Of a stretch of 64,000 bases of DNA, positions 60,410-64,000 are shown piece after piece. The translations under genes were made by a program, and so were the position numbers. Location of the stretch: the NCBI GenBank assembly GCA_963733395.1, contig CAVTCZ010000002.1:18981-82980 (forward strand), in the 5' to 3' direction. This DNA comes from an uncultured Actinomycetota bacterium (GTDB lineage: Bacteria > Actinomycetota > Actinomycetes > S36-B12 > UBA10799). Each line of letters opens with the position of its first letter. Positions within the stretch are counted from its first letter, which is position 1. Below the pieces are notes generated by a model, which did not search any database, was not told the origin of the DNA, and worked only from the letters and a program-made list of their open reading frames with translations.

Positions 60410-60441
60410 AACTTCGCGCCGATTCCGGCCATCGGTGGCCG
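60410..60441. repeat. 32-nt direct repeat / hairpin element, right copy
   Basis: Identical to 59412-59443. Here the inner stem is perfect: CCGATTCCGGCC-atcggt-GGCCGGAATCGG. Confidence 0.85.
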
Positions 60442-60510
60442 GAATCGGCCTGACGTTTCGTTACGTCGCCCCAGAGCAACGGCCGGTGGGCGCCCTCTAC
60501 GCTGTGCACC

Positions 60511-61323
60511 ATGGCAAAGCGCGACAAGGCACCCGCTCTGAAGAACAAGGTGTACGAGGCCGAACTGTTCCGGATGCAGGCCGAGATGGTGAAACTGCAG
60601 GAGTGGATCAAGTCCACCGGCACCCGGTTGGTCGTCATCTTCGAGGGCCGCGACGCCGCCGGGAAGGGCGGGTCGATCAAGCGCATGACCACCTACCTGA
60701 ACCCCCGCACCGCCCGGATCGTGGCCCTTCCCTCGCCGACCGAACGGGAGAAGACCCAGTGGTACTTCCAGCGCTACGTCCCACACCTGCCGGCCGCCGG
60801 CGAGATCTCCCTGTTCGACCGCTCCTGGTACAACCGCGCCGGCGTCGAGCGGGTGATGGGGTTCTGCACGCTGGAGGAGTACCGCAGGTTCCTGCACCAA
60901 GCGCCCCTTTTCGAGCGGCTGCTGGTCGAGGACGGCATCGTGTTGCGCAAGTACTGGTTCAGCGTCTCCGACGAGGAGCAACAGCGCCGGTTCGAGTCCC
61001 GGCTCAAGGACCCGATGCGGCGCTGGAAGCTCAGCCCCATGGACCTCGAGTCGATCACCCGCTGGGAGGAGTACTCCCGGGCCAAGGACGAGATGATGGT
61101 CCACACGGACATCCCGGAGGCGCCCTGGTTCGTCGTGGAGAGCGACAACAAGAAGGCCGCGCGGCTCAATGTGATCAACCACCTGCTCACCTCCATGCCG
61201 TACGAGGACGTGACGGTACCGCCGCTGAAGCTGCCGGATCGGCCGTCGTCGCGCGGCTACATGCGCCCGCCGAAGGACACCCAGACCCACGTTCCCGACT
61301 TCGCTTCCACCCTGCTCAGTTAG
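60511..61323 (+). CDS. ppk2: Polyphosphate kinase 2 (single-domain PPK2)
   Basis: ..VVIFEGRDAAGKGGSIKR.. (Walker A), ..FDRSWYNRAGVERVMGF.., ..RWKLSPMDLES.. Confidence 0.92.
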   Translation: MAKRDKAPALKNKVYEAELFRMQAEMVKLQEWIKSTGTRLVVIFEGRDAAGKGGSIKRMTTYLNPRTARIVALPSPTEREKTQWYFQRYVPHLPAAGEISLFDRSWYNRAGVERVMGFCTLEEYRRFLHQAPLFERLLVEDGIVLRKYWFSVSDEEQQRRFESRLKDPMRRWKLSPMDLESITRWEEYSRAKDEMMVHTDIPEAPWFVVESDNKKAARLNVINHLLTSMPYEDVTVPPLKLPDRPSSRGYMRPPKDTQTHVPDFASTLLS

Positions 61324-61333
61324 CCTGTGTGGT

Positions 61334-61852
61334 GTGAAACCCCCGGCATCCCCGCTGCGCTGGGTGCGCGCGTGCGCGCTGGGGGGCTCCGCCGTGGCGC
61401 TGTCGGCCGTTGGTCACGCGACCGCCGGAGGGCACACGGAACCGGTGATGCTGGTGCTGCTGACTGCGATGGCGGCCCTCGCCGCCTATGGTTGGCTGCG
61501 CACTGAACGTGGCCTCGTAGCCATCGTCGGCGCGGTGGCCGTGGTCCAGCTCGCCGCCCACCTGCTGCTTGCCGCCGGGCACGCCCATGCCGGTTCCTCA
61601 GCCATGCTCGGGGCGCACGCGGTGGCCGGACTGCTGCTGGCGGTGCTCTTGCGGCACGGGGAAGCGCGGTTGTTCGCGGCTGCCCGGCGCCGCTACCTGC
61701 AATGGCGGGTGGCGGTTCGCACGGCGCTGGCCGGGTTGCCCACTGTGCCGGCGTTCGCGCAGGCGCGGGTGGCCGGCGGCACTCCCGCATTGACGATGTG
61801 GATCCACAGCGCTGTGTACGGGCGGGCGCCGCCTGTCGCAGCCATGTGCTGA
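61334..61852 (+). CDS. Hypothetical His-rich membrane protein upstream of copC
   Basis: 172-aa ORF with 3-4 hydrophobic segments and His clusters (..GHATAGGHTEP.., ..AAHLLLAAGHAHAG..). Confidence 0.5.
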   Translation: MKPPASPLRWVRACALGGSAVALSAVGHATAGGHTEPVMLVLLTAMAALAAYGWLRTERGLVAIVGAVAVVQLAAHLLLAAGHAHAGSSAMLGAHAVAGLLLAVLLRHGEARLFAAARRRYLQWRVAVRTALAGLPTVPAFAQARVAGGTPALTMWIHSAVYGRAPPVAAMC

Positions 61853-61888
61853 TCTGTCCACATCGTCTCTTCGCCTTTGGAGTAGCCC

Positions 61889-62428
61889 ATGCCCGCGCCC
61901 ATCCGGCGCATGTGGGCGTTGCTCGCCGTGGTGTTCCTCACCGCGGCTGTCGCATCGCCTGCTGCCGCCCACACAGATCTTGTTTCCAGCAGTCCCGAGG
62001 ACGGCCAGACACTGACAGCGCCCCCCGAGCAGGTGACACTGCGCTTCGGCGAGGACCTGCTCACCGCAGGGGCCCAGATCGTCGCCAAGGACGATACGGG
62101 AGTCAAGGTTGGGCTGGGTCCCGCCGAGGTCTCGGGGACCCGCGTGTCAGCAACCTGGCCGCAGACCGCCGACGGCGGGGTCTACACCGTCTCCTGGCGT
62201 GCAGTCGCCGACGATGGCCACCCCTTGGAAGGTGCCTTCTCGTTCACCGTGAAAGCAGCACAGCCGAAGGCGGCATCGGCATCGCCGGAGCCGGTGACCG
62301 CGACGCCGAGCCCCGCAGCCGCCACCGACGATGAGTCCGGGCAGGGGATGAACCTGCTGCTCCCGGCCCTGTTCGTGGTCGCGTTGGCGGCCGTCGGCTT
62401 CTTCGTGTGGCGATCGCGTGCCGACTGA
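61889..62428 (+). CDS. copC: Copper-resistance protein CopC with C-terminal membrane anchor
   Basis: Signal peptide, then ..AAAHTDLVSSSPEDGQTL..PEQVTLRF.., ..YTVSWRAVADDGHPLEG.FSFTV.. GGAG lies upstream of the ATG. Confidence 0.9.
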   Translation: MPAPIRRMWALLAVVFLTAAVASPAAAHTDLVSSSPEDGQTLTAPPEQVTLRFGEDLLTAGAQIVAKDDTGVKVGLGPAEVSGTRVSATWPQTADGGVYTVSWRAVADDGHPLEGAFSFTVKAAQPKAASASPEPVTATPSPAAATDDESGQGMNLLLPALFVVALAAVGFFVWRSRAD

Positions 62429-64000
62429 TACCGCCGTCCGCTCCCGAGCAGGATCCCAACTCCGCTGGGCAGTGCCCGCGGGGCTGGCGCTCGTGGGCGG
62501 GCTGCTGGTCGGTCTGGTCGTCGGCGGGGGCACCGCTGAGTCCGCCGCTGAGGAGATCGTGGGCCCCGGCCCGCTTGTCAGCGCGGGTTTGCCCATCGTT
62601 CGAACGGTGGCCACGGCAGCGGCGGTGCTCACCGTCGGCCTGCTGTTGTACGCCGCGGTCCTCGGGCCGCAGGGCCGCAAGGGTGTGCTGTCGCAGGTGG
62701 GTCGCGGCGACGTCGTCCGGGCCGGCTGGGTGGCGGCCGTCTGGTCCGTGGCGAGTCTGGCCACGGCCGCCTGGTCGTTGGCCTGGGCACTCGGCCTGCC
62801 GCTGTCCCAGACACTGACCCCGGACGTGATCGGGACGTACGCGTGGGACGTGGACTCCGTCCGCGCGTTCCTGCTCGTGGCAATACTGGCCGCGGGTATC
62901 GCGGTGGCGTGCGTATTCACAGCGACCGTGACCGGGGCGGGAGCCTCGATGGTGGCGGCCATGATCGGCGTTGCGCTGCCGGCTCTGACCGGCCACGCCT
63001 CCTCCCTGGGCTCGCATGGGGTGGCGATGACCTCGGATGTCGTCCACGCCCTGTCCATGGCGGGGTGGGTCGGCGGCCTGTCGGTGATCCTGTTCCACGC
63101 CGTGCGCAACGACCCCGGGACCATGCGTAGCCTGCCGGTCTTCCGGACCGTGGCCACAGTCTCAGTGGTGTTCCTGACGATCTCCGGGCTGGGGGCGGCG
63201 TTCGCCCGGATGAATGCGGTCTCCGAGTTGTGGACGACGTCGTTCGGCATTCTCATCATGCTGAAGGTGGTCCTGTTGGCGACCCTGCTGGTCATCGCCA
63301 GGACCGTGCAGACCAAGGTCGTCGGGGCGGGCCTGGAAGCGCGGCCAACTCTGGTGCGGTTCGCGAGCATCGAGGCGCTGCTCATGGCGGCTGCCGCCGG
63401 CATCGGGGTCGCCCTGACGCAGACCCCCTATCCGCGGGTGGCGATCGAGTACCCCACCAGCGGCGAGACCCTGCTGGGATTCGCGTTCCCGCCGCCGCCC
63501 ACTGCGATGAACGTCATCTTCGGTTGGCGGACCGAACCCCTCTTCCTGGGCCTGGCGATCCTCGGGGTCGGGTTGTACTGGGCGGGTATCGTGCGGCTTC
63601 GCCGGCGCGGCGACCGATGGCCGGTGTTGCGCACCATCTCGTGGACGCTGGGCTGGTTGTTCGTCCTCTGGGCGACCAACGCCGGGGTGGCCACGTACGC
63701 CATGGTCAGCATGACCTGGCACATGCTCTCGCACATGGTGATGTCGATGGTCGCGCCCATCCTGTTGGCGATGTCGGCGCCCCTGACACTGGCTCTGCGG
63801 GCGCTGCCGGCGGCGACTGGCGGCCGCCGCGGACCGCGGGAGTGGATCGTCTGGGGGATGCACACCCCGCTGGCGCGATTCGTCACGCATCCGCTGTGGG
63901 CCTTGTTCGTGTTCACCATCGGGCTCTACGGCCTGTACTACACGCCGCTGTTCTCGTGGCTGATGTCTAGCCATGTTGGCCATGTGGCGATGCAGCTGCA
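62418..64000 (+). CDS. copD: CopD / cytochrome c oxidase assembly factor CtaG fusion protein (partial; continues beyond the window)
   Basis: Hand translation of frame 0 from the GTG at 62418 is open to the window end. The product is hydrophobic, with ..LPALTGHASSLGSHG..VVHALSMAGWVGG.. (CopD) then ..WTLGWLFVLWATNAGVATYAMVSMTWHMLSHMVMSMVAPILLAM.. (CtaG-like). This ORF is not in the supplied track because it has no stop. Confidence 0.8.
   Translation, partial: MPTDTAVRSRAGSQLRWAVPAGLALVGGLLVGLVVGGGTAESAAEEIVGPGPLVSAGLPIVRTVATAAAVLTVGLLLYAAVLGPQGRKGVLSQVGRGDVVRAGWVAAVWSVASLATAAWSLAWALGLPLSQTLTPDVIGTYAWDVDSVRAFLLVAILAAGIAVACVFTATVTGAGASMVAAMIGVALPALTGHASSLGSHGVAMTSDVVHALSMAGWVGGLSVILFHAVRNDPGTMRSLPVFRTVATVSVVFLTISGLGAAFARMNAVSELWTTSFGILIMLKVVLLATLLVIARTVQTKVVGAGLEARPTLVRFASIEALLMAAAAGIGVALTQTPYPRVAIEYPTSGETLLGFAFPPPPTAMNVIFGWRTEPLFLGLAILGVGLYWAGIVRLRRRGDRWPVLRTISWTLGWLFVLWATNAGVATYAMVSMTWHMLSHMVMSMVAPILLAMSAPLTLALRALPAATGGRRGPREWIVWGMHTPLARFVTHPLWALFVFTIGLYGLYYTPLFSWLMSSHVGHVAMQL

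Overview
This is a 64-kb, very GC-rich segment with actinobacterial gene content: an LCP ligase, an Rv0338c-like Fe-S reductase, a DUF2786/TIGR04338 pair, dcd, PPK2 and CopC/CopD-CtaG. I call one tRNA and about 60 protein genes. Gene order, left to right:
- tRNA-Gly with att-like duplicates of its 3' end
- a long-form acyl-CoA dehydrogenase
- a signalling island: hybrid HK-REC-HPt, RelE/YefM, H-NOX plus an atypical GAF-HisKA-REC kinase, and an OmpR-type regulator
- a divergent MFS/TetR pair with a perfect operator palindrome
- a ~20-kb Wzx/Wzy-type glycan locus (11.5-32 kb) with UDP-xylose synthase, a priming transferase, 4 GT4, GT2, a WecB/TagA transferase, 3 methyltransferases, a GDP-mannose 3,5-epimerase homologue, a sugar dehydrogenase and two Wzy/ligase-like proteins
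- DUF2804, VapBC and agmatinase
- PepSY-RR-HK
- an EEP nuclease, an alpha/beta hydrolase, LCP, a crotonase and GH76
- DUF2786 plus a metallohydrolase
- a two-component system divergent from a thioredoxin/CcdA/Excalibur operon
- dcd, cysD-cysNC, GGDEF-EAL, YccF, the Fe-S reductase, an acyltransferase, DUF559 and PPK2
- a copper cluster whose last gene runs off the window end and is absent from the ORF track

Main observations:
1. An H-NOX haem-NO sensor carries all canonical haem-pocket residues. It is translationally coupled to a kinase with a degenerate ATP-binding domain, an unusual combination for this phylum.
2. Three ~119-bp copies of a nested-palindrome intergenic repeat are built from a 22-nt motif. 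A second hairpin family shares a conserved ACGCGT core.
3. About 30 frame disruptions occur in otherwise well-conserved genes. Almost all are +1 (one extra base), and they cluster at the two GC-rich edges of the glycan locus. This looks like an insertion-biased sequence artefact rather than decay, and it must be resolved before any functional claim is made.
4. A DUF559 gene is bracketed by 32-nt perfect direct repeats.

I found no CRISPR array, rRNA, transposase or phage genes. All calls come from reading the sequence and translations by eye; no database search was run.
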